Source of the DNA: a virus
Lineage: Duplodnaviria; Caudoviricetes
Reading direction: 5' to 3' (one strand)
IMG/VR virus record: IMGVR_UViG_3300025732_000087
Coordinates: 1 to 42,021 of that record
DNA length: 42,021 nt
In this document: in pieces, positions 6,580 to 14,620 of the stretch
How positions within the stretch are numbered: the first letter of the stretch is position 1
Layout: the number at the start of each line of letters is the position of its first letter
The notes under the pieces: model-generated
What the model was told of the DNA's origin: nothing
What the model saw: the letters and a program-made list of their open reading frames with translations, nothing else
Databases searched by the model: none
Position numbers and translations under genes: made by a program

Positions 6580-7473
6580 TTATTTTCTTTTTTTATTTCT
6601 TCTTTGTTCTCTTCTTTTCTTTACATTTCCATGATGACTTGATGTAGATAAATTTTTCAAATTGCCGATAATATCTGCTATAGATTGATCTGGATTGGCT
6701 GGGAGCTTGATGGCATGCCTGCGTTCCGGTGCACGATCACCAATTATTGCTCCAAGCTTTTTTGATCGTTCCCAATGTTTATTTGCTTCTAGGGATCCTG
6801 CAGATTTTTTTTCAGGTTTTCCTAGGGCACCATCGCCATAAGAATAGGAAGCTTGCCGTTCACGAAATTTACGTTCGGTGTCAATATCCATTAAATCTGA
6901 AAGATATGTTGACATTCCATAAAATCCTGGTATTTGGAGTCCATCAGCGGCTTTTGATTGAATTTTTTCCGTTCTTTGGTCTTGTCTATCTACCAATCTT
7001 CTTTGTTGGCTGTCTACTGCTCTGGCAAGAAGACCAGGATCCTTGTGTCCTGCTCTCATTGCTCTTTTATATGTCGCTTCATTCAACATATTTTCCAAAA
7101 AATTTATAATCGTTTCTTCCATTTTCATGGCATCTTCTGAATCAGCTTCTCTGCGACGGTCGCTTGGTTTTGGTTTTTCAGATTTTTTTACCCCTTGGTT
7201 ATTAAATATACGTCTTACTTTTCCGTCACCAGGCCATTTTGAAAAATTATCTGTAATTTTGGATAATTCTGATTGTCCCTCTTTAGATAAAACCCCCATT
7301 GTTTTTTCAATTCTTCTAATTTTTTCACGAACATCATTACCGGGTTTTGCGGCTTCTCTGCGGCGATCTGCTTTTGTTTTTGGGTGCGCTTCATTCAACA
7401 TATTTTCCAAGTAATTTATTTTTTGCTGAAGATTTTCACATAAATTTTTGTAATAATTGGTTAAGTAGTTCAT
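6580..7473 (-). CDS. Putative virion protein with shared leader and an internal second LENMLNE site
   Basis: MNYLTNYYKNLCENLQQKINYLENMLNE; internal IINFLENMLNE; very basic. Confidence 0.8.
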   Translation of the reverse strand: MNYLTNYYKNLCENLQQKINYLENMLNEAHPKTKADRRREAAKPGNDVREKIRRIEKTMGVLSKEGQSELSKITDNFSKWPGDGKVRRIFNNQGVKKSEKPKPSDRRREADSEDAMKMEETIINFLENMLNEATYKRAMRAGHKDPGLLARAVDSQQRRLVDRQDQRTEKIQSKAADGLQIPGFYGMSTYLSDLMDIDTERKFRERQASYSYGDGALGKPEKKSAGSLEANKHWERSKKLGAIIGDRAPERRHAIKLPANPDQSIADIIGNLKNLSTSSHHGNVKKRREQRRNKKRK

Positions 7474-7496
7474 TATATTGTTTCTTCTTTATTCTA

Positions 7497-7952
7497 TTAG
7501 TGTGGTTGAGGACCATCTTGAACCTCCCAATCATCCTCTTCTCTATAGTCGTCAGCTGCATCTTTTACTTTTTCTTTGTCAATTTGATTTCTTCTATCTT
7601 TGGCACGAACGGTATTATAGTCTCTTTCTTTTTTTCCGTGCTTCTTCTTTTTTCCCTTTCCCTCAAGAATGGCTCTGATGGAACTTTCAAGAGTGTAGCC
7701 GACAGAAGACTCTTCTTTCATTACCATATCTTCTTTTTCTACTTTTTCTTTTTCCTCTTTTGGATCGGTTTTCTGTGTTTTGATGTTCAGTGGAACTCTT
7801 TTGGCATCAGATCCTTCTTTTGTTGAAGGTTCTGCAAGTGGTTTTTCTGCTTTCTTGGTTTCTTCAAGAAGTGAAAGTTTCTCTTGCAATTCAATTACTC
7901 TCTTTTGGAGTTGTTCCGATAGTTGTTTATAGTGATTCGTTAAGTAGTTCAT
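7497..7952 (-). CDS. Putative virion protein with shared leader, highly charged
   Basis: MNYLTNHYKQLSEQLQKRVIELQEKLSLLEE; CTAAATA 5 nt upstream. Confidence 0.8.
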   Translation of the reverse strand: MNYLTNHYKQLSEQLQKRVIELQEKLSLLEETKKAEKPLAEPSTKEGSDAKRVPLNIKTQKTDPKEEKEKVEKEDMVMKEESSVGYTLESSIRAILEGKGKKKKHGKKERDYNTVRAKDRRNQIDKEKVKDAADDYREEDDWEVQDGPQPH

Positions 7953-7957
7953 GAAAA

Positions 7958-7972
7958 TATTTAGAATAAATA
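7958..7972. promoter_or_regulatory. Back-to-back divergent T4-type late promoters
   Basis: CTAAATA (minus, 7958-7964) and ATAAATA (plus, 7966-7972), each 5 nt from an ATG. Confidence 0.75.
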
Positions 7973-7977
7973 GTCTT

Positions 7978-8529
7978 ATGGACTACATGGCAAGATATTA
8001 TCAAAATAAATGCAAAAATTTGCAAGAAGAATTAATTCGTTTGCAAAATTTGCTTGAAATTGCTTCAGCTCCAGAAAAAAAAGAGCCATCTTTCAAAGAT
8101 AAAATTGCATCCAGAATAGATGCTAATACCTCTGGTGGCGAAAGAGCAGATGCGGCAGCAAGTGAATTTTTTGGTTCAGTGCAAAAAATGGCCTCAATGA
8201 TTAAAAATAAGGGCATTAAGCCAGAATTGGATTCTATTGCTAGTGAAGTTGAAAAAAAATCCCAAAATGTGCAAACAGGGAATCCAATTAGTGATGCAAT
8301 AGTAGGTGGAGTCAGTTCTTTTGCGGGAGAAAAAATTGCTGATGCTCTTAGAAGCAATGCTGCAGCAAATGTTGCAACAACTTTTGCGATGAGACAAAGA
8401 CATTCCGACAAATACAAAGAAATTGATGCAGAACGTAAAAAATTACTTGATGCTGGAAAAACTCCAGCACAAGCAGAGTCAGATTTGCAATCTCGCTATA
8501 AAAATTATTACTATAAATTAGATCAATGA
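7978..8529 (+). CDS. Putative virion protein with shared leader (start re-assigned to MDYMARYY)
   Basis: MDYMARYYQNKCKNLQEELIRLQNLLE matches the leader family; late promoter immediately upstream. Confidence 0.8.
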   Translation: MDYMARYYQNKCKNLQEELIRLQNLLEIASAPEKKEPSFKDKIASRIDANTSGGERADAAASEFFGSVQKMASMIKNKGIKPELDSIASEVEKKSQNVQTGNPISDAIVGGVSSFAGEKIADALRSNAAANVATTFAMRQRHSDKYKEIDAERKKLLDAGKTPAQAESDLQSRYKNYYYKLDQ

Positions 8530-8711
8530 AAAAATTTAAAGAATATCTTCAAGAATATTTGGATGTATTTGGCGGTTCCAACAAAAAAATGGGAAAAGCA
8601 AGTAGCAAGATGCGTGACAAGTATAAAAAAATCCTTTTGGCTCAGGTTAAAGGAAAGCATCCTTATGCCAAAACGGAAATAGAAAATTTAATGCAGTGGA
8701 TGAAATTTTGA
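8526..8711 (+). CDS. Small basic protein with capsid-targeting-like N-terminus
   Basis: MKKFKEYLQE; ATGA overlap with the upstream stop. Confidence 0.7.
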   Translation: MKKFKEYLQEYLDVFGGSNKKMGKASSKMRDKYKKILLAQVKGKHPYAKTEIENLMQWMKF

Positions 8712-8717
8712 CGCCAA

Positions 8718-8801
8718 GAGTACTCTAAGGTATCTTTAAAGAACTCTATAGAATACTCTTTAAAATATTTTTTAAATAACCTTTAAAGTTATCTTTAAGA
8801 T
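8718..8801. repeat. AT-rich array of imperfect palindromes (consensus about CTTTAAAG)
   Basis: tactctaagg/tatctttaaaga/actctataga/tactctttaaaa/aacctttaaagtt/atctttaagat; non-coding. Confidence 0.7.
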
Positions 8802-8830
8802 ATTATAAGTTCTTTTGGTGGGTTTGTCAA
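8802..8830 (-). promoter_or_regulatory. Perfect sigma70 consensus promoter TTGACA-17-TATAAT with no downstream ORF
   Basis: tgtcaa 8825-8830 and attata 8802-8807. Confidence 0.8.
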
Positions 8831-8851
8831 GAGAAAAATCTAAATATTTTT

Positions 8852-10714
8852 ATGAATAATAATCAGCATAACCGTAAACTTTTTGAGCAGGCTTTGGTTG
8901 ATGTTTCAAATCAAGAAAAACAACAATTAAACGAAATTATTGGAACAGCTCTTGCGGTTGCTGCTGGTGTCGGCGCTCTTGCATTTGGAAAGCAACAATG
9001 GGATGCATATAAGGAAAAACAAAGTGCTGCTGCCCAAGCTAATCAAAAAGCAGCCTTGGAACAACAAAGAATACAAGCTCAAATTAAAACAGAAAAAGCA
9101 GCCAGAAAACTTGCAAAAGCAAAACGTAAAGCACTTGAAGCAAAAGCCGAAGCAGATGCAATAACCGGAGAAGCAAGGGCAGACGAGACTAGAGCAAATA
9201 TTGATAATTCACGAAGCAGAACTGCTGCACAAAATGAAGTAGATAGAGCAAGAGCAGCAGCGTTGACACAAAATGCAGATACTAATGCACAAAAAGCAAA
9301 AGATGCTGCAGAAAATACTGGAGAATTGAATAAAGCAAGAGCAGCAGAACTATTGGCAAGAGCAGAATGGCACAAGGTTCGTGCTTCTACATCTGGAGTT
9401 GGTGATGAAGATATTGACGCAGCAATGTCAGAACCTCCACCAACAGCAAAACCAAAAGCCGCTACAGCTACTCCAACAGAAGCTCCATCGGCCGCACCAA
9501 AGCCAGCAGCTGCACCAAAGCCAGCAGCAGCTCCATCAGCTGCACCAAAGCCAGCAGCTGCACCAAAGCCAGCAGCAGCTCCATCAGCTGCACCAAAGCC
9601 AACAGAGGCTCCTACAACTTCTCCCGAAAGCACAATTACACTTAGTGGAAAAGATATTTTTCCCGCAACATTTAGTTTTAGTGCAACAGATGCTTTCCGT
9701 AGTTTAATTAATCCTAGTACATTTGCAAGAAGTGGAGCCACGGAAACACCACCAGAAACTCCAACTTCTGCACCAGCAGCTGTTCCAGCGGCAAGTGCAC
9801 CAACTCCAGCCGTAGAAACTCCACCAACATCTGGCAGATTACCAACAGTTCCGAAAAAAAGAACTAAACCAAAATCAGAAGAACCTTCTTTATTTACTGG
9901 TGGCGAAGTAACAGCAGCCGCTGCAACTCCATCAAGACCATCTAGAGGTGGCTCCAAAGGAAAGCCTGCAGCTACAGCAGCAACTCCTGCTCCAGCCGCA
10001 ACACCAGCCGCAACACCAGCAGCCGCTCCTGCTCCATCAAAACCAGCTAAAGGTGGCTCCAAAGGAAAGCCTGCAGCTCCAGCAGCAACTCCTGCTCCAG
10101 CAGCAGCACCAGCCGCAACACCAGCAGCAACTCCTGCTCCAGCAGCAGCACCAGCCGCAACACCAGCAGCCGCTCCTGCTCCATCAAAACCAGCTAAAGG
10201 TGGCTCCAAAGGAAAGCCTGCAGCTCCAGCAGCAACACCAGCAGCCGCCCCTGCTCAAGTAATAAGAAGAAATAGAAGACCAGTAAACCCAAATCCGGCA
10301 GCAGTTCCATTGGGTACAGAGGCAGGAACTGGAGCACCCTCCACTCCCACTGCATCAACACCATCAGAACCACCACCAGTCCAGCCAAAAGCACGAAAAA
10401 TTTCTGGAGCAAGGGTAGCTCAGGTTGCTGCAACTTTAACTGGAGGAAGTTCATCTTCTTCTGGAGAAGGCAGAAAACCAGGAGAGTGGAGAACGGGAGC
10501 TTTGCACTATAATCCTATGGCTCCACAGGGATCAGAAAGAGTGCAACAAAGAAACAAAAGAAATGATCCTAATGCAAGAAGACCAGATCCAAATACTGGA
10601 CATGGTTCAGATGATTTAGATAGAGACATACCAGACCCAGAGGATCTTGAAGATGGTGTAATTCATATCTACAAGAACATGATTATGGAAAAGGTATTAA
10701 CTTTTAATAAATAA
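8852..10714 (+). CDS. 620-aa protein: hydrophobic helix, coiled coil, long Ala/Pro/Lys repeat region
   Basis: QLNE-IIGTALAVAAGVGALAFG; AAPKPAAAPS repeats; PSKPAKGGSKGKPAA-like x3; CTAAATA 5 nt upstream. Confidence 0.85.
   Translation: MNNNQHNRKLFEQALVDVSNQEKQQLNEIIGTALAVAAGVGALAFGKQQWDAYKEKQSAAAQANQKAALEQQRIQAQIKTEKAARKLAKAKRKALEAKAEADAITGEARADETRANIDNSRSRTAAQNEVDRARAAALTQNADTNAQKAKDAAENTGELNKARAAELLARAEWHKVRASTSGVGDEDIDAAMSEPPPTAKPKAATATPTEAPSAAPKPAAAPKPAAAPSAAPKPAAAPKPAAAPSAAPKPTEAPTTSPESTITLSGKDIFPATFSFSATDAFRSLINPSTFARSGATETPPETPTSAPAAVPAASAPTPAVETPPTSGRLPTVPKKRTKPKSEEPSLFTGGEVTAAAATPSRPSRGGSKGKPAATAATPAPAATPAATPAAAPAPSKPAKGGSKGKPAAPAATPAPAAAPAATPAATPAPAAAPAATPAAAPAPSKPAKGGSKGKPAAPAATPAAAPAQVIRRNRRPVNPNPAAVPLGTEAGTGAPSTPTASTPSEPPPVQPKARKISGARVAQVAATLTGGSSSSSGEGRKPGEWRTGALHYNPMAPQGSERVQQRNKRNDPNARRPDPNTGHGSDDLDRDIPDPEDLEDGVIHIYKNMIMEKVLTFNK
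9481..10255 (+). repeat. Coding tandem repeats
   Basis: gcaccaaagccagcagc units 9490-9600; ggtggctccaaaggaaagcctgcagct x3 at ~9947, 10052, 10199. Confidence 0.85.
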
Positions 10715-10717
10715 TTT

Positions 10718-10966
10718 GTGGTCATTACAGAAAAAAATAATTTAAAAAATACATTTTTTATTCTTCAAAAAATAGATAAATTTTCTATTTTTAAAGATTT
10801 AGTCACAAAAATAAAATTACTTAGAAAAATGCCATTTCATGAAGTATTTTTGATTTTTTCAATTCAAAATTATGATAATGTTTATTCAGAATTGGAAAAA
10901 GAAGATGTAAAGGTTGTTGGATTTATTCAAAATAAAGATAACACAATAACCATGAAAGTATCTTAA
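10718..10966 (+). CDS. Hypothetical protein, 82 aa
   Basis: GTG start after ATAAATA 10707-10713; fills the gap between neighbours. Confidence 0.5.
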   Translation: MVITEKNNLKNTFFILQKIDKFSIFKDLVTKIKLLRKMPFHEVFLIFSIQNYDNVYSELEKEDVKVVGFIQNKDNTITMKVS

Positions 10967-10967
10967 C

Positions 10968-11684
10968 ATGGGGAAATCAGATCCAAAAAATTGGAATGAT
11001 TATGAAATTGTAGAGCAAAGTGACAATAATGATTATCCTCCGGCCAGAAGTCTTTTCAATGAATCGGTTGCACCACCAATAAGTGAAGAAGCAAGAGAAG
11101 CTTCTAGGACAATTGACAGAGGATTGAGTCAAATAAGAAATACTGAAGATTTTGGATTTGACGATACTACTTTTGGTGGTCCAAATACAGATGATATGCC
11201 GATTGAAGAATATGGTGACGTTGAAGACAGAACCGAAAATATTTTAAAAAATTTAGAAAAAGATTTAAATTACTCTGCTTATTTCTATGAAAGATATGGA
11301 AATGTAGATGTTTATTTTTCTTTAGAAGATATATATCGATCCATTGGTGTTTTTACAAGTTCTGATAAAAGAGTAAATATAAAAATAATCAAAAATGGGA
11401 CAATTTTTATCGGTGATTATGTTTCACCAAATCAAATTATTGAAGAATTGATTGACGGAGTCGTTTCTTTTTTGGTTTTTAAGGTAAATGGAACTCCAGC
11501 TTTGATAACAGGAACCTTAAAAGAAGAATTGGTAAATGGTGAAGAGCATGTAAGGGAAGCAGCATTTTCTCTTTTACCAGATGGTAGGGTTTTATTGTGG
11601 AATGTGATGAAACAAAAATGGAGTTCTTTTTATCCAGACAATTTAATTGAAATGACACGAGATGATACATCTGCATTCGAATAA
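10968..11684 (+). CDS. Acidic protein with C-terminal WYL_2/SH3-like (DUF2693-type) domain
   Basis: FKVNGTPALITGTL..WNVMKQKWSSFYPDNL resembles F.K.DG..R....TL..WRSF family. Confidence 0.55.
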   Translation: MGKSDPKNWNDYEIVEQSDNNDYPPARSLFNESVAPPISEEAREASRTIDRGLSQIRNTEDFGFDDTTFGGPNTDDMPIEEYGDVEDRTENILKNLEKDLNYSAYFYERYGNVDVYFSLEDIYRSIGVFTSSDKRVNIKIIKNGTIFIGDYVSPNQIIEELIDGVVSFLVFKVNGTPALITGTLKEELVNGEEHVREAAFSLLPDGRVLLWNVMKQKWSSFYPDNLIEMTRDDTSAFE

Positions 11685-11692
11685 ATATTTGT

Positions 11693-11884
11693 GTGGAAGA
11701 ACCAGAAGATTTACTCAAAACGGAACGCCATCTTAATACTCTTTTGTTGAGAGAGGCAAGACTCATAATCAAAAATTATGAATCATATCTTATGGACAAA
11801 ATGTCTTCCAAGACTCTTGCTGAAAAAATGTTGAGCCTTGCACATATAGTAAAAAGAGTTGACGAGTTCAATAAAAAGTCTTGA
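11693..11884 (+). CDS. Hypothetical protein, 63 aa
   Basis: ATAAATA at 11681-11687, 5 nt before GTG. Confidence 0.65.
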   Translation: MEEPEDLLKTERHLNTLLLREARLIIKNYESYLMDKMSSKTLAEKMLSLAHIVKRVDEFNKKS

Positions 11885-11908
11885 TTTTAATTTTTACCGT
11901 GGTAGAAT
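11881..11908 (+). promoter_or_regulatory. sigma70-type promoter TTGATT-16-TAGAAT (extended -10)
   Basis: -10 at 11903-11908, 6 nt before the guaC ATG. Confidence 0.6.
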
Positions 11909-11914
11909 ATACAT

Positions 11915-12964
11915 ATGTTTTATTGTGATCATAATGCCCCATTGGGCGAAGCGCTTGATTATTCTGACGTTTTGATTGTTCCTTCTTTGTCTGAAGTTAA
12001 GTCTAGAAAAGATATTAGTCTTGAAGTTGAAACAACTTTTCGTTGTGGCACTTCTTGGAACGGTGTTCCAATTATGGCAGCAAACATGTCTACGGTTGGA
12101 ACACATAATATGGCCAAGGTTTTGGCAGAATACAAGATGGTAACATGTCTCCGCAAAGGTGGAGATTATTATACTGCGTTCGTGGCAACAAATCCTGAAT
12201 TTGAAAAATATGTTTCGCTTACGCTGGGGCTTGATGCAGACAGCAAACTGTTTGTTGACAAGGCAGATATCAAAGATCCAACGTTTGTTTGTATTGATGT
12301 GGCGAATGGTTATATGACGGAGTTTCATAAATTTATAAAGAAAGTAAGAGAAAAATGGCCGAAGTCAATTTTGATTGCAGGGAATGTAGTGACCCAAGAA
12401 GGGGTCGTGGCATTATCGGATTCTGGAGCAGACCTAGTAAAGATAGGAATAGGATCGGGATCGATGTGTCTGACCCGGCGAGTGGCAGGAGTAGGATATC
12501 CCCAGCTCTCCGCAGTGCTAGAGTGTGCTCAAACAGCAGAAGCATCCGGTATTGGGATCGTTGCTGATGGTGGTATTATCTATCCAGGAGATTTTGCAAA
12601 ATCATTTGTAGCGGGTTCGGCATTTGTCATGGCTGGAGGAATTTTTGCTGGTCATGATGAATGTGGCGGTGAAATCAGGCATATGGAGCATGGAAGGCTG
12701 ACAATGTTGCATTATGGAATGAGCAGCAAAACTGCAAATGAAAAATACAACGGTGGCCTTTCAGATTATCGCGCCTCAGAGGGGCGCACGGTGGAGGTCC
12801 CTTACCGTGGATCTGTACGAAATACGATACAAGAAATTTTTGGTGGTATTCGGTCGGCTTGTTCTTATGTTGGTGCTTTTGACTTGCCTTCTTTGTATGA
12901 GCGTGGTAGAATGGTGAGAGTCAATCGTACTTTGAACAGTGTTTTTGAAGAAAATGAAATATGA
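11915..12964 (+). CDS. guaC: GMP reductase
   Basis: PIMAANM, CIDVANGY, AGNVVT, KIGIGSGSMCLTR (catalytic Cys), ADGG, YGMSS, YRASEG; no CBS insert. Confidence 0.93.
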   Translation: MFYCDHNAPLGEALDYSDVLIVPSLSEVKSRKDISLEVETTFRCGTSWNGVPIMAANMSTVGTHNMAKVLAEYKMVTCLRKGGDYYTAFVATNPEFEKYVSLTLGLDADSKLFVDKADIKDPTFVCIDVANGYMTEFHKFIKKVREKWPKSILIAGNVVTQEGVVALSDSGADLVKIGIGSGSMCLTRRVAGVGYPQLSAVLECAQTAEASGIGIVADGGIIYPGDFAKSFVAGSAFVMAGGIFAGHDECGGEIRHMEHGRLTMLHYGMSSKTANEKYNGGLSDYRASEGRTVEVPYRGSVRNTIQEIFGGIRSACSYVGAFDLPSLYERGRMVRVNRTLNSVFEENEI

Positions 12965-13494
12965 ATATTTTTGTTTTAGATGAAGACCCGCTTAGTGCTG
13001 CATCAATGATGTGCGACAAGCATGTTGTCAAGATGATTTTGGAATCTTGCCAATTGCTTTCGACTGCGCACCATTTTCTTGATGGAAAGCAAGTTTTAGT
13101 TGAAGGAACTAAGCGCAAATATTTTTCTTATTCAAATGGAAATAATAATATTTGCAAGTGTACTATGATAAATCATCCTTGCACCATTTGGGTTCGGGCC
13201 AATAAGTCAAATTATATGTGGCTTTGGAATCATGCATATTCTCTTTGCAAAGAATATACTCTTCGTTATGGCAAAGAGCATGCAATGGAAAAAATGCTTA
13301 TGATGGAGCTTTGTAATCCGCCTATCAACATTCCGCAGGGAAGCATTACTCCATTTGCACAAGCAATGCCAGAAAAATATAAGCATCCAGATGCTGTAGT
13401 TGCTTACCGAGCTTATTATGTTTATGAGAAGTCTAGGTTTGCAAAGTGGAAGAATAACAATATACCCGACTGGTATGTCGCTAGAGTTGCTTAA
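12961..13494 (+). CDS. Pyrimidine-dimer DNA glycosylase (DenV-related) family protein
   Basis: MNIFVLD..DKHVVKMILESCQLLSTAH..NHPCTIW..EYTLRYGKEH..FAQAMP..AYRAYY. Confidence 0.75.
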   Translation: MNIFVLDEDPLSAASMMCDKHVVKMILESCQLLSTAHHFLDGKQVLVEGTKRKYFSYSNGNNNICKCTMINHPCTIWVRANKSNYMWLWNHAYSLCKEYTLRYGKEHAMEKMLMMELCNPPINIPQGSITPFAQAMPEKYKHPDAVVAYRAYYVYEKSRFAKWKNNNIPDWYVARVA

Positions 13495-14253
13495 TTATTT
13501 TTGTTTTGGAACTCTTACTTTTTGACCAGGTTGTATTTTCATTGGATCTACATTAGGATTGGCGGCTTTGACTCGTTCCATTCCTTGATTTGTGCTTCCA
13601 CCAATTTTCCAAAAAGTATCTCCGGGTTGTACAACGTAATCTTCTGAATCCGTTGATTGTTTTGCAGTTTCTGTTTCAACAGGCTTTACCGAAGGCGTTT
13701 CTACAGGTTTAACGGGCTCCGGTGTTTTGGGTTGTTCTGCTGTTTTTGTTTCTCCAGGTTTGCAATTTGGGCCAGTGCATGTTAAATATGTTTCTTTAAA
13801 CTTAGAAACATTTTTTGCCCAATGTCTATTTAAATCATTAGGATCATTTGCCACACCTCTTGGTGCCCATCTGTTTCCCATGAATGTTACAAAGTCAGTA
13901 GACTTGTCAGATTTTTCATATCTTTCTCTATTTTTTAGAATCGATGATGCCGCCCATCCTGCTTGACGATCTAAAGTTTGTTGATCGGTATCTCCGGGTT
14001 GCTCCATAGCTGCAGGAGTCAATACACCAAATTGTCTACCTCTTCTCCCACCCTCCCCCCTTCGTATGGCAAAAAGCATTGAAACATTTTCGTAATCGGT
14101 TGGTTCAATATTATTTCTTTTTGCGGCACCAATTACAGTATCATATTCATCTGGAAAATGAGCTTTTAAATTTTCATGAAATCTTGTGTGATAATCTTCT
14201 TCAGTTTGTTGTGCTGCTTGTTGCTCGCTTAAAAATACTTTAAAACTTTTCAT
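13495..14253 (-). CDS. Lysozyme-fold-like domain plus C-terminal LysM, capsid-targeting-like N-terminus (start re-assigned)
   Basis: MKSFKVFLSE; AIRRGE..FG..RWAP..NDP..N..W..NV; YVVQPGDTFWKIG..ANP..IQPGQKVRVP. Confidence 0.75.
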   Translation of the reverse strand: MKSFKVFLSEQQAAQQTEEDYHTRFHENLKAHFPDEYDTVIGAAKRNNIEPTDYENVSMLFAIRRGEGGRRGRQFGVLTPAAMEQPGDTDQQTLDRQAGWAASSILKNRERYEKSDKSTDFVTFMGNRWAPRGVANDPNDLNRHWAKNVSKFKETYLTCTGPNCKPGETKTAEQPKTPEPVKPVETPSVKPVETETAKQSTDSEDYVVQPGDTFWKIGGSTNQGMERVKAANPNVDPMKIQPGQKVRVPKQK

Positions 14254-14311
14254 GTTTGTGCTTGCTATTAAAAGAGCTAGTGGTATAATAATGCGTAATA
14301 AAGGAAACCAC

Positions 14312-14620
14312 ATGAACGTAAAAGTATTTAGACTAAAGTCCAATGAAGAGATCATCGCCCGTTACGAGGAAAAGGATGATGGCTACCTTTTCAAGGATCC
14401 TGCAGTTTTGATTCCAATGCAGCAAGGACAAATTGGTCTGATGCCTTGGCTTATGTATACAAAGGCAGACAAGGGTATTTTGATTCCAAAAAGTTTTATT
14501 GCTTTTACTGTAGATCCGCTTGATGAGATGAAGGAACAGTACGACGCAAGCCTTAATAAGGGTCTCGTTACGCCTAACAAGACGGTGAAGAAGTCGCCGT
14601 TGAAGCTGACGACGGATTAA
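14312..14620 (+). CDS. Conserved T4-like small Sm-like hypothetical protein (start re-assigned)
   Basis: RLKSNEEIIA..P..GLMPWL; promoter TTGCTA-16-TATAAT 14262-14289; RBS AAGGA. Confidence 0.75.
   Translation: MNVKVFRLKSNEEIIARYEEKDDGYLFKDPAVLIPMQQGQIGLMPWLMYTKADKGILIPKSFIAFTVDPLDEMKEQYDASLNKGLVTPNKTVKKSPLKLTTD

Noticed and set aside
9079-10209. 376-aa minus-strand Gly/Ala ORF and Gln/Leu-rich alternative-frame ORFs
   Set aside because: By-products of the GCA/CCA repeat coding in 8852-10714.
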